NCBI GenBank assembly: GCA_963745035.1
Contig: CAVUVW010000014.1
Span: 320,001-384,000 of the forward strand
Direction: 5' to 3'
DNA: 64,000 nt
Origin: an uncultured delta proteobacterium
Lineage (GTDB): Bacteria; Desulfobacterota; Binatia; UBA9968
The position numbers and the translations under genes are program-made. The notes beneath the pieces were generated by a model. That model made no database searches. It saw only the letters and a list, made by a program, of their open reading frames with translations, and had not been told where the DNA came from. Within the stretch, counting starts at the first letter, position 1; every line of letters begins with the position of its first letter. This document shows, one piece after another, positions 15,906 through 24,608 of the stretch.

Positions 15906-16520
15906 CTACCGAGCGATCCGTCCCAGCGGCGACTCGCCGCAGTCGATCACTCTGGATTCGGTAATCACATAGTGAACTCTTTCGTCCCACGGCTGCGCCG
16001 GCACGCGATCGATGAGCTGAAATTCGTAAGCCAGCCCGACGTAGACACCGCGTGCGCCCAGTGATCGCAGAGCCCGATCGTACCAGCCGCCGCCCCGGCC
16101 CAAACGGTGGCCGTGGCAATCAAACAGCACCCCGGGAACGATGACAATCAAGCTGTCGCGCGCCGCACCGGTCAACTCGGCCGTGCGTGCCGATCCGGCG
16201 GTTCCAGGAAGTCCCCGCAGGTGATCCTCGTTGGAGAGAATCTGAACAAAAACGCCCAGCTCCTCCCGGCCAAGCTCTGGAACAAAGACTTTTCTGTTAT
16301 GCCCAAGCGCATGGTCGATAATCGCGCTGGTATCGACCTCATTGCCCAAGGCGCGATACGCCGCCACCGAGCGGGCGACGCGATACTGCGGAAGATCGAG
16401 GATCTTGGCTTGGATCGACCTGCTCCAGGAACGGCAAATTGCCGGATCCAGCGCCGCCCGGCGTTTCAACGCCGCGCTACGCAGCCCGTTCCTGGTCTCT
16501 TCCATCGCTGCGCTCGGCAT
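15906..16520 (-). CDS. ygfA: 5-formyltetrahydrofolate cyclo-ligase
   Basis: IVPGVLFD…RLGRGGGWYDR motif; start codon uncertain (16520 or 16505). Confidence 0.9.
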   Translation of the reverse strand: MPSAAMEETRNGLRSAALKRRAALDPAICRSWSRSIQAKILDLPQYRVARSVAAYRALGNEVDTSAIIDHALGHNRKVFVPELGREELGVFVQILSNEDHLRGLPGTAGSARTAELTGAARDSLIVIVPGVLFDCHGHRLGRGGGWYDRALRSLGARGVYVGLAYEFQLIDRVPAQPWDERVHYVITESRVIDCGESPLGRIAR

Positions 16521-16530
16521 ACATCTGCGA

Positions 16531-16805
16531 GCGGCCGGAAGAGATGAAGAGAAAAGTTTTCTGGCGGAAAAAGGCGCGGTTAAAGATCTGATCGCGGATG
16601 CGGTGCGGTCGGACCCCTCGACAATCGCGTTCCGGCGCAAAACCGGACGCGAACCAGGCATGCCATCGTCGACGGCATGCCCACCGTCATGCTGGGAGTT
16701 TCCGTTATTGGCTGCCGCATTTTACGCGAACGGAAGAACAAAAAAATCCAACGGATCAGATCCATTGCTATCGTTTTTCCCCATTCCCTCATCTTCCCAC
16801 GCCGC
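16531..16805 (-). ncRNA. ssrS: Probable 6S RNA (unusually long)
   Basis: Canonical position between zapA and ygfA; ends pair as a long rod (GCGGC/GCCGC, GGAAAAA/TTTTTCC, GATCTGATC/GATCAGATC). Confidence 0.55.
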
Positions 16806-16850
16806 CTCATTAAGGCATTCCCCGATTGGGGAATAATTACCTTAACAGTG

Positions 16851-17129
16851 TTAACCCTCCTCGCTTAACCTCGTCGAAAGTTTCTTCGATAGTTGATCTA
16901 GTCGAGTCAAAATGGCCTCGTGCGTATCCTTCAAGCGATAATACTCATCTGCAATGTTGAGCGCGGCCAGCATCGCGACATTGGACTTCGCCACCGCCTT
17001 GGGCGAACGCATGAGCTCCTGCATTTTTCCATCGACATAGCCGGCCACCTTCAGCATGTAAGCCTCTTCGGCGTCGCTGCTGATGGTGAACTTCTGGCCG
17101 AGAATCTCTACGTCTAACGCCTTTTTCAT
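16851..17129 (-). CDS. zapA: Cell division protein ZapA
   Basis: VEILGQKFTI…VAGYVDGKM…AMLAALNIADE. Confidence 0.9.
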   Translation of the reverse strand: MKKALDVEILGQKFTISSDAEEAYMLKVAGYVDGKMQELMRSPKAVAKSNVAMLAALNIADEYYRLKDTHEAILTRLDQLSKKLSTRLSEEG

Positions 17130-17147
17130 CGAGCCACCCGGCATCGT

Positions 17148-17381
17148 CTACTCCGCAAGCTGCAAATTGGCGAACTGACCGATAATCTTGTCGAGCTTCT
17201 CGCGCAATTCGAGTCGCTCGCGCTCGTATTGCCGGATCTGGCCTTTCAGGTGATGCCATTCGCTCTCTTTTTCCCGCAGCCTCTTTTCGATCGCTTCCTT
17301 TTCCGTCTTCATGCGCTCATGGTTTTCGAGCAATCGGTCGATGGTCGCTTCCAATTTTTCAATGTTGTTATGGGGAGCCAT
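17148..17381 (-). CDS. zapB: ZapB-like coiled-coil protein
   Basis: 77-aa heptad coiled coil immediately upstream of zapA. Confidence 0.65.
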   Translation of the reverse strand: MAPHNNIEKLEATIDRLLENHERMKTEKEAIEKRLREKESEWHHLKGQIRQYERERLELREKLDKIIGQFANLQLAE

Positions 17382-17411
17382 GTTTTCGCGTGCGGCAAAA
17401 CTTCATGTTTG

Positions 17412-17440
17412 AGTTTAGTTTCAACGTTTCACCTTGTCAA
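17412..17440 (-). promoter_or_regulatory. sigma70 promoter for the zapB-zapA operon
   Basis: TTGACA-17-TAAACT. Confidence 0.7.
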
Positions 17441-17517
17441 GTTGAACCTCAGCGTGACAATCGTCCACAGCGTGGCGTCAAAATCCGGACGGGCGACCAA
17501 ACCGCATGACTTTGCGT

Positions 17518-18051
17518 TCACCGCCTTGTCGCGTCGGTTGCGGTTGGCTCATCGTAACCAAGAACGGTCTCCCACGGCACGCTGCAGTGCGCCACAACCA
17601 ATGTATCGAAGCGCTCCCACCACGCCAGATCTCTCCCTTCTCTACTCAGAAAGCGGACCATTTGCAGCATATCGTTGATCTCCGAGGGGCGGAGCGCCGG
17701 AGCGAAAGCGGGCATGACGCCCGCACCTTCGGCGATGATTTTGCGAATTTGACCATTGCTCTTTTTTTGAACCGTGTCGCGAAAATCGGGAGGCCGCACC
17801 GGCAGTGCCGCCGCCAGGGGACCATCGCCGACACCTCCCGGTCCATGACAATTAAAGCAGCGCTCGGCGTAGAGCGCGTCCATGCGCTCATTCCGCCCGC
17901 AGCCGACAGTCAAAGCGATCAATAGAAGTATCGGCAAAATAAATTTTCCCGGCACAACTAAACGCCTAGCACGACGACTCTGGTGATGCCAATCTCCGGT
18001 GCGCGGATTTGACACGAAGTGAAATTTCGTGTTACGCATTGGTACGATCAT
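17518..18051 (-). CDS. Monoheme cytochrome c, probable lipoprotein (true start probably downstream of 18051)
   Basis: Hydrophobic stretch ending TVGC, CFNCHG…G.GDGP motif, distal Met in MPAF. Confidence 0.8.
   Translation of the reverse strand: MIVPMRNTKFHFVSNPRTGDWHHQSRRARRLVVPGKFILPILLLIALTVGCGRNERMDALYAERCFNCHGPGGVGDGPLAAALPVRPPDFRDTVQKKSNGQIRKIIAEGAGVMPAFAPALRPSEINDMLQMVRFLSREGRDLAWWERFDTLVVAHCSVPWETVLGYDEPTATDATRR
18009..18035. promoter_or_regulatory. Candidate NikR operator
   Basis: TTGACAC-N13-GTGTTAC with a perfect ACACGAA/TTCGTGT dyad, directly upstream of nikR. Confidence 0.6.
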
Positions 18052-18466
18052 GCATCACTTATCGCGCTTCGGCGTTTCGCTGGAAGAAGATCTGCTGGCG
18101 GCTTTTGATGTCAACATTGCCGGAGTCGGTTATCAAAACCGCTCCGAGGCCATCCGCGACCTGATTCGCGATTACTTGATCCAAAAGAAAATCGGGCAGG
18201 GCGACACGGAGGTAATCGGCGTAGTGACACTGGTCTACGATCATAGAGTCCATCGTTTGAGTGATGTTTTGGCGGACATGCAGCACAAGGCCGAGGTCGC
18301 CGTAAACGCCAGCCTGCATATTCATTTGGACGAACACAACTGCCTTGAAGTGATCGTCATCCGCGGGCGCGGCGACAAAGTTCACGAGATCGCGGGTAAG
18401 CTGATCGCCACGAAAGGCGTGCAGAACGGCAAGCTCGTAACCACCACCGCCGAAATGAAGCACTAA
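18050..18466 (+). CDS. nikR: Nickel-responsive regulator NikR
   Basis: RHH domain (RFGVSL…NRSEAIRDLIR), YDH, Ni ligands in QH…LHIHL…NCLE. Confidence 0.93.
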   Translation: MHHLSRFGVSLEEDLLAAFDVNIAGVGYQNRSEAIRDLIRDYLIQKKIGQGDTEVIGVVTLVYDHRVHRLSDVLADMQHKAEVAVNASLHIHLDEHNCLEVIVIRGRGDKVHEIAGKLIATKGVQNGKLVTTTAEMKH

Positions 18467-18482
18467 AATTTTTTGCCGTGGA

Positions 18483-18509
18483 GTAACACGAAATTGCAAT
18501 ACTTGCTAT
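18483..18509. promoter_or_regulatory. Second candidate NikR operator
   Basis: GTAACAC-N13-TTGCTAT, sharing ACACGAA with the first site, upstream of the MFS gene. Confidence 0.45.
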
Positions 18510-18527
18510 TGGACGAGGCCGCTTGAA

Positions 18528-19793
18528 ATGAATCAGCACCAACACCATCACGACTCCGCCACCGGCGGGGGCCGCGACCACGGCGCCTCGGCGCTGACTC
18601 TGGTAAGCCTGGCGCACGGCGTTAACCATGCGCAGTCGGCGCTTAAGCCGCTGGTGTTTCCCCTCGTTCTTCGGGAACTGAATTTCGGCTACAGCGAGCT
18701 TGGCATCATGCTCGGCGTCGCCGCTGCGGTGGGCGGATCGCTGCAACTGGCCGCGGGAGCCCTTGGTCGTATTCTGCCGCGTCATCTCATATTGGGTTTG
18801 GGCAATGCCTCCGTCGGTGTTTGCTTCGTTCTCGTCGGGCTGGCGCAAAATTTTTTCCAATTTTCTCTCTGGACCGTGATGTCCCGGGTCGGTGGCGCCG
18901 CGCAGCACCCGGTGGGCAGCGCGCTCCTGTCACATCATTTTCAACGGAAGAAACTGGGCGTCGCTCTAGCGACGCACTTCACCGCCGGCAATATCGGAAC
19001 CGCGGTGATTCCTTTGGCCGCCGCGATCCTGATCGGCCTGTGGGGTTGGCGCGTCACGACAATTCTTTTTGCGGTGCCGGCGATCCTGGTTGGCGTGGCC
19101 ATGTGCATCTGGCTCAAGGATCCGGCCGCCAAAAGCCTCGGTGAATCCGAAAAACCCGCTTCGTTCTGGCAGGACAGCCGTCATGCCATCGGCAATCGGA
19201 ACCTGCGCTGGATCCTGGCTGCGGCGATCGTCGCCGCAGGCGGATCGGGCCACGGGATTATTTCAAGCTTTCTGCCGCTCTATCTCAATCACAATCTCGG
19301 CATGGATGCCCCGACGGTCGGAGTTATTTTCACGATTATGAGCGTGGGGAGCATCGTCGGCCCGATGCTTACCGGGAAGCTCAGCGATCGATACCACCCG
19401 CAGCGCGTGCTCCTGGTCTGTTACGCGCTCTCTGCCGCAACGGCGTTGATCTTGCCCTGGCTCGGCGCCAGTTTGATGGGCGTCTCGCTGGCGGTGTTCG
19501 CCTTGGGTGTCGTCGCGTTCGGCACGAATCCGATTTTGCAAACGCTCGTCGCGCAGTCGTCGTCCGATCGCCTTCGCGACACCGGTTTCGCATGGTTTTA
19601 TACCGCGACGTTTTTCGCCGGCGCGCTATGGTCTCCTGCCGTCGGCTACCTGAGCGAATGGCTGGGCTTGAAGGCCGCCTTCGGCGCCATGGCGGCGTCA
19701 TTCGTTTTGGCGAGCATGTGCGTCCTGCTCGGTCGTCTGCATGAAATCGCCGTCGATCACGAGCATGGAATCGCCGCACACACTCACCACTAG
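18528..19793 (+). CDS. MFS transporter with His-rich termini
   Basis: About 12 TM segments, GKLSDRY motif, N-terminal HQHHH and C-terminal HEH…HTHH. Confidence 0.85.
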   Translation: MNQHQHHHDSATGGGRDHGASALTLVSLAHGVNHAQSALKPLVFPLVLRELNFGYSELGIMLGVAAAVGGSLQLAAGALGRILPRHLILGLGNASVGVCFVLVGLAQNFFQFSLWTVMSRVGGAAQHPVGSALLSHHFQRKKLGVALATHFTAGNIGTAVIPLAAAILIGLWGWRVTTILFAVPAILVGVAMCIWLKDPAAKSLGESEKPASFWQDSRHAIGNRNLRWILAAAIVAAGGSGHGIISSFLPLYLNHNLGMDAPTVGVIFTIMSVGSIVGPMLTGKLSDRYHPQRVLLVCYALSAATALILPWLGASLMGVSLAVFALGVVAFGTNPILQTLVAQSSSDRLRDTGFAWFYTATFFAGALWSPAVGYLSEWLGLKAAFGAMAASFVLASMCVLLGRLHEIAVDHEHGIAAHTHH

Positions 19794-19823
19794 GAAATTG
19801 CATGTACATTTGGAGAGTCGGTA

Positions 19824-21860
19824 ATGCGTTTTGCAGCTTTGATTATTGCGGGACTAATCTCTTACTTTACTCCACTTGACGCGAAAGGAGCCGATGCAGG
19901 TAGTCCGGTCGAAGTTTACGTATGGGAACAGCAGCCAATGTCGGCCGCAACCGAGCAAACAAGGTGGCAAAGAGACTTGGAACTCCGTCCATCGAACACG
20001 CCGAGCGATGTCATGCGGCTAACGCCCGGATTGATCATCGGCCAACATCACGGCGGCGGCAAAGCCGATCAGATTCTTTTTCGCGGTTTCGACTCGGATC
20101 ACGGCACTGATTTCGCGGTCTTCATCGACGGGATTCCGGTGAACATGGTGAGCCACGCCCACGGCCAGGGTTATGCAGACATGCACTGGTTGATTCCGGA
20201 GACGATTGAACGAGTGGAAATCTACAAGGGACCGTACTTCGCGCACCTGGGCGATTTTGCCACCTCCGGAGCGATGAACATCATCACTAAACGGCGCGAC
20301 AAGGACAGCACAATTACTTTGAGCGGCGGCAGCTACAACACTCAGCGTTACGTCGGCATTTTTGCGCCCCCGGAAACAATTCCTCTCCGTCCGTACATCG
20401 CCGGTGAGATCTACCATAACGACGGGCCGTTCAAGAACGAGAACAATTACATTCGCTACAACCTCCTTGCTAAGCTCGGCCTCTATTCCACCGCCAACTC
20501 GAATCTGAATTTCCTCGGCACTTTTTTCAAAACTGACTGGGACGCATCAGGTGAAATTCCGGCGCGCTCCGTGCGCAGCGGCGAAATCGGCCGCTTCGGC
20601 TCCTTCGATCCGAGCGAAGGCGGCAAGTCCGAGCGCCAGAACCTGAGTCTGATCTACAACTACACAGACGCCAATCAGTCGTTTAACGCGCAGACCTGGG
20701 CAGGCTGGTATAGGCTCCAGCTCTGGTCCAATTTCACTTTGTTTTTTAACGACCCGGTCAACGGTGACGGCATCGAACAAAAGGACAAGCGATTCCTCGC
20801 CGGCAACAACATCAATTATCGCCGCAACTACCGTCTCTGGAACCTGCCGATGGAGACGTTCGTCGGCTTTCAGAGCCGCTTCGATCACATCCGCGTCGGG
20901 CTGTTCAACCAGACCGACCGTCGGCGCCGCGAGACCGTGAAAAATAACAATATCGAGCAAACAAATCTTGGCTGGTTCGTGCAGCAGGAGATTCAACCGG
21001 CGTCCTGGCTGCGAACTCAGATCGGCGCGCGTATGGACAACTTCTGGTTCAACGTCGATCAGATCGGCAATGTTACCGAGCCCATCGCCGGCAACGGCTC
21101 CGATACAATCGTCAATCCCAAGCTCAATTTCATTTTCACTCCGTTCAAAGACGGCGAGGTCGCCAAAACCACGAATTTATTTCTCAATTTCGGCGGCGGC
21201 TTCCACAGCAACGACGCGCGCGTTTTCGTGCAAGATTCTAAAAAAGAGATACCGCGCTATTGGGGCGGCGAGATGGGCGCCAAGTCGCGTTTCTTCGATC
21301 GTTTGGACGTGACACTCGCCTACTGGCGGTCGTATCTGGAAAGCGAGCTAGTATTCGTCGGCGACGAAGGCGGATTTCGAGCCGAGCGGCGCGAGCAACC
21401 GCCACGGCGTAGAAAGCGAGTTCCGCTACGATATCCTTTCCTGGCTATCCTACGATCTCGATCTTTCGTACACCTGGGCGAAATTCACCAACGGCGATAA
21501 AGTGCCCTCTCGCGCCGCGTTTTCTCGCGCTCACCGGACTCACTGCGCGCCACGAATCCGGCCTCCAGGCGCGTCTTGCAGATGCGTCACGTCGGCCGGC
21601 GCTACGGCATCGAAGACGGCAGCATCAAGACTCCGTCGTCGACGGTCTTTGACCTCTTCTTGAAATACGTCTGGAAGCGCTATGAGTTTTTCGTCGAGTT
21701 CCAGAACCTGGCCAACACGAAATATCGCGCCGCCGAGCACGTTTTCGAGTCGCGCACTCCGGGCGAAGTGTCCGGCGGGCTGCCGGGAAGGCTCGATTCT
21801 CACTTTACGCCCGGCGACCCGTTTACCGTGAAGGCTGGAATCACGGTTCATATGTGGTAG
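19824..21860 (+). CDS. TonB-dependent receptor, probably for a metal (frameshifts near 21375-21540)
   Basis: Signal peptide, plug with QHHGGGKADQ, DHGTD, SHAHGQGY, IERVEIYKGP; C-terminal fragment 21576..21860 ends in an aromatic residue (…GITVHMW). Confidence 0.85.
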
Positions 21861-21926
21861 AAAAATGTATTTTTAAACCGCGTCGATCGAGCTTTGCAGG
21901 GATGCGCGTGATTTACGGAAAGCGCA

Positions 21927-22745
21927 GTGAGAGCCGAGAGTTTCAGCATACCGCTCCTTTCATCCATCTCGATTCACGGCTGCGCGATCTTGGTCGCTTC
22001 TTTCCTGCTTCAAGGGAAGGTGCCGCGTCAGCAAAATTATTTTCCGGTACGCTTAATCGAAGCGCCAGAGTTGCAGAATCGGAACCATCTCAAACCTGCG
22101 ACGCGCCAGAAACAAGACCACCGCCGCAGCACAAAGTCAAAGAACGAACCGACAAAGATCACAAAGCCGACCGCGAAGTCCCCAACGGTTACACCGACCC
22201 CGACGCTTCCCGCGACCAAGCCGCAAGAACCGGTAAAGAACGCAGAAACTAAAACAGCCGCGCCGGCAGCGAGCGAGACTCCGGCGAGTGCCATCGTTAA
22301 CAAAGATGGAGAGGACGGCGGTAGCCCTGCCGGCGCAATAGCTTCATCCGGTTCCGGTAATGTGGGAGTCGTTCCCGGCACTGCTACCGGTATAGGCGGC
22401 GGAGGCACAGCGCCTTTAGGTTTAGGCCGCGGTGCCGGCGCGCCAGGATCGCCCGTCCAATCCGTGTTCCGCGCCAATCGCGAAGCCAAGCCGATTCAAA
22501 CCGCGCGGGCGAATTATCCGCCCATGGCGCTGCGGAGCGGCCTGGAAAGCGACGTAACCTTGAAAATCGAAGTCGATCCTCAAGGCAACGTGACCAAAGC
22601 AGAGATTACAAAGAGCGGCGGCGGGGGATTCGACGAAGAAGCCCTCAAGGCGGTAAAGCAGTCGCGCTTCGAGCCGGCGCACCGCGACGGCGAGAATATC
22701 GCGGCCGAATTCACCTATGTCTACCGGTTCCGGATCAGACGATGA
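21927..22745 (+). CDS. tonB: Energy transducer TonB
   Basis: SISIH TM motif, Pro/Lys/Thr-rich linker, YPPMA…FDEEALKAVKQSRFEPA C-terminal domain. Confidence 0.85.
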   Translation: MRAESFSIPLLSSISIHGCAILVASFLLQGKVPRQQNYFPVRLIEAPELQNRNHLKPATRQKQDHRRSTKSKNEPTKITKPTAKSPTVTPTPTLPATKPQEPVKNAETKTAAPAASETPASAIVNKDGEDGGSPAGAIASSGSGNVGVVPGTATGIGGGGTAPLGLGRGAGAPGSPVQSVFRANREAKPIQTARANYPPMALRSGLESDVTLKIEVDPQGNVTKAEITKSGGGGFDEEALKAVKQSRFEPAHRDGENIAAEFTYVYRFRIRR

Positions 22746-22774
22746 GACACTGCGTTTCCTGAAAGGAGATCGAC

Positions 22775-23383
22775 ATGGCAAGCTTCTCGCACTCGCATCA
22801 CCACCACCACGATCCGCACGATTGGGCATCAGCCGAGTATGTCGCCAAGTGGGCTAAGGGCCAGGATCCGAAAGAGGCCGGTCGCCGGCAGGCGTTTAGT
22901 TTGCTAGCGGATACAATCCCGTACGAAAAGCAGCAGCCGATCACGATTCTGGACCTCGGCGCCGGTTACGGCGCGCTGACGAAATTTCTTCTCGAACGAT
23001 TTCCACAAGCGACGGCGATCTGTCAGGACGGGTCGGAGGAAATGGCCAAGCTCGGCCGTGAGCGCATGAAAGAATTCGCAGGACGTTTTGAGTACGTCGT
23101 GGCCGATTTCAGCCGTCACGGTTGGAGTAAGCTGGTGCCGGGGCCGTTTGCCGCCGTCGTTTCCTCGATCGCCATTCACAACGTGAATAGTCCAAAGATC
23201 ATCCGCGGAATCTACGATGATGCCTACACGCTGGTTCAATCCGGCGGTTGCTTTTTGAATTTCGATCGGCACGAGCCGCCTATTGACGACCAGATGAAGT
23301 GGCTTCGCGGCGCCGGATTCAAAGACGTGCAGTGTTTCTGGCAGGATGACCATCGCGCTCTGTTCGGCGGCTTTAAAAAGTAG
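22775..23383 (+). CDS. Class I SAM-dependent methyltransferase with an N-terminal poly-His tract
   Basis: HSHHHHHDPH, ILDLGAGYG motif I, SSIAIH. Confidence 0.85.
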   Translation: MASFSHSHHHHHDPHDWASAEYVAKWAKGQDPKEAGRRQAFSLLADTIPYEKQQPITILDLGAGYGALTKFLLERFPQATAICQDGSEEMAKLGRERMKEFAGRFEYVVADFSRHGWSKLVPGPFAAVVSSIAIHNVNSPKIIRGIYDDAYTLVQSGGCFLNFDRHEPPIDDQMKWLRGAGFKDVQCFWQDDHRALFGGFKK

Positions 23384-23480
23384 GAATGGAAGCATGGGCG
23401 CTCGGTCTTCACAATCTTCATAACACCGGTCGCTTTCGCTCGTCCAACAATGATGCTTAATACGTCAAGAGGAGAGCAAG

Positions 23481-23903
23481 ATGGCAGGACGCAAATGGAC
23501 TGTTGCGGCTACGTTGATCCTGGTGCTGTCGCTGCCACCTTTCGTCCAGGCGCAGCACGACCATTCAAAAGGCCACCAGCCGCCGACGCAGACTAAGCCG
23601 ACCAAACCGGCAAAACCGGCGCTCAAACCGGCCGAGGGCGCAAGCATCAAGATCGTTGCGCCGAGCAAAGGCCAGGTCCTCAAAGGCGACAAGATCCCTA
23701 TCGAATACAAACTCACCAAGGGCAAGCGCGGACATCACGCTCATGCTTATGTCGATGGTGAATTGATGGGAATGTTCGAAAGCGAAAAAGGCACGCTCAA
23801 CGGCATCAAGCCCGGCAAACATATCCTCGAGCTGCGCGTCGTAGCGGCCGATCACGTAACCGAACTGGACGCCAGCGACAGGGTCGAATTTACGGTCAAG
23901 TAG
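23481..23903 (+). CDS. Exported His-containing Ig-like protein (possible metal-binding protein)
   Basis: Signal peptide then QHDH, GHHAHAYVDG, PGKHILELRVVAADH. Confidence 0.7.
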   Translation: MAGRKWTVAATLILVLSLPPFVQAQHDHSKGHQPPTQTKPTKPAKPALKPAEGASIKIVAPSKGQVLKGDKIPIEYKLTKGKRGHHAHAYVDGELMGMFESEKGTLNGIKPGKHILELRVVAADHVTELDASDRVEFTVK

Positions 23904-23961
23904 AGCTGCATTTCAAAATCGATCGACCGCTTGCGAACTGCCGGCCGTTCCGCCTAGGATA

Positions 23962-24390
23962 GTGCTCAGAAACGCGATGAAAGCACGAAGACCAGTTTCG
24001 AAGCTTCAGCGCGGCCTCTACCTGAGCGCCGCTGCCGCGTTTTGTTTCTTCCTGATCGCGTCCGCTCCCCATCGAGTGCATCATTTTTTCGAGCAACTGG
24101 CCGAATCTTCCGAGCATCACGCCGTTCACGCCGAAACACACGAGCACACCGGAATCGCCCATGATCATCACGACCATGATCATCACGGCCGCGATCACGG
24201 TCAACGGCGGCAGCAAGAAACCGACTGTGTGGTCTTGTCCGTCGCGCAGAACGCGCATGCATCTCTCGTGCAACCGTTTAGTTTTGCCATCTTCGAATCC
24301 GAGGTTACGCGCCGGCACGAACCGCGCGTCGTAGACGCGTCATCGTTCAATCCCGCACCTCGCTCTCAGCGCGCGCCACCGCTGGCCTAA
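23962..24390 (+). CDS. DUF2946-like His-rich protein with a C-terminal RAPP motif
   Basis: N-terminal TM, HDHHDHDHH tract, single Cys, ends …SQRAPPLA*. Confidence 0.7.
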   Translation: MLRNAMKARRPVSKLQRGLYLSAAAAFCFFLIASAPHRVHHFFEQLAESSEHHAVHAETHEHTGIAHDHHDHDHHGRDHGQRRQQETDCVVLSVAQNAHASLVQPFSFAIFESEVTRRHEPRVVDASSFNPAPRSQRAPPLA

Positions 24391-24608
24391 GTTTTTCCGA
24401 GCTACTTTCAGTGTCAAGTTAAGTTGTCTGCTTTCGACAATATCCTTTGTCGAAAGAGAGCTTACGTATTGGCGCCTTACCACTTAGGGACCGTGTCTGC
24501 TGCTTTCGGGTCATTTGGACCGTCAATCGAGCGAGGTTCGCGTAGTGGTAGGCGCAAAAGCGATTCGCCTGATGATCCATTCATCGGTGATCAGGTAGGT
24601 AATTTTCT

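Noticed and set aside
23418-23445. Third NikR site (ATAACAC) before 23481
   Set aside because: Only one half-site; no matching half at N13 spacing
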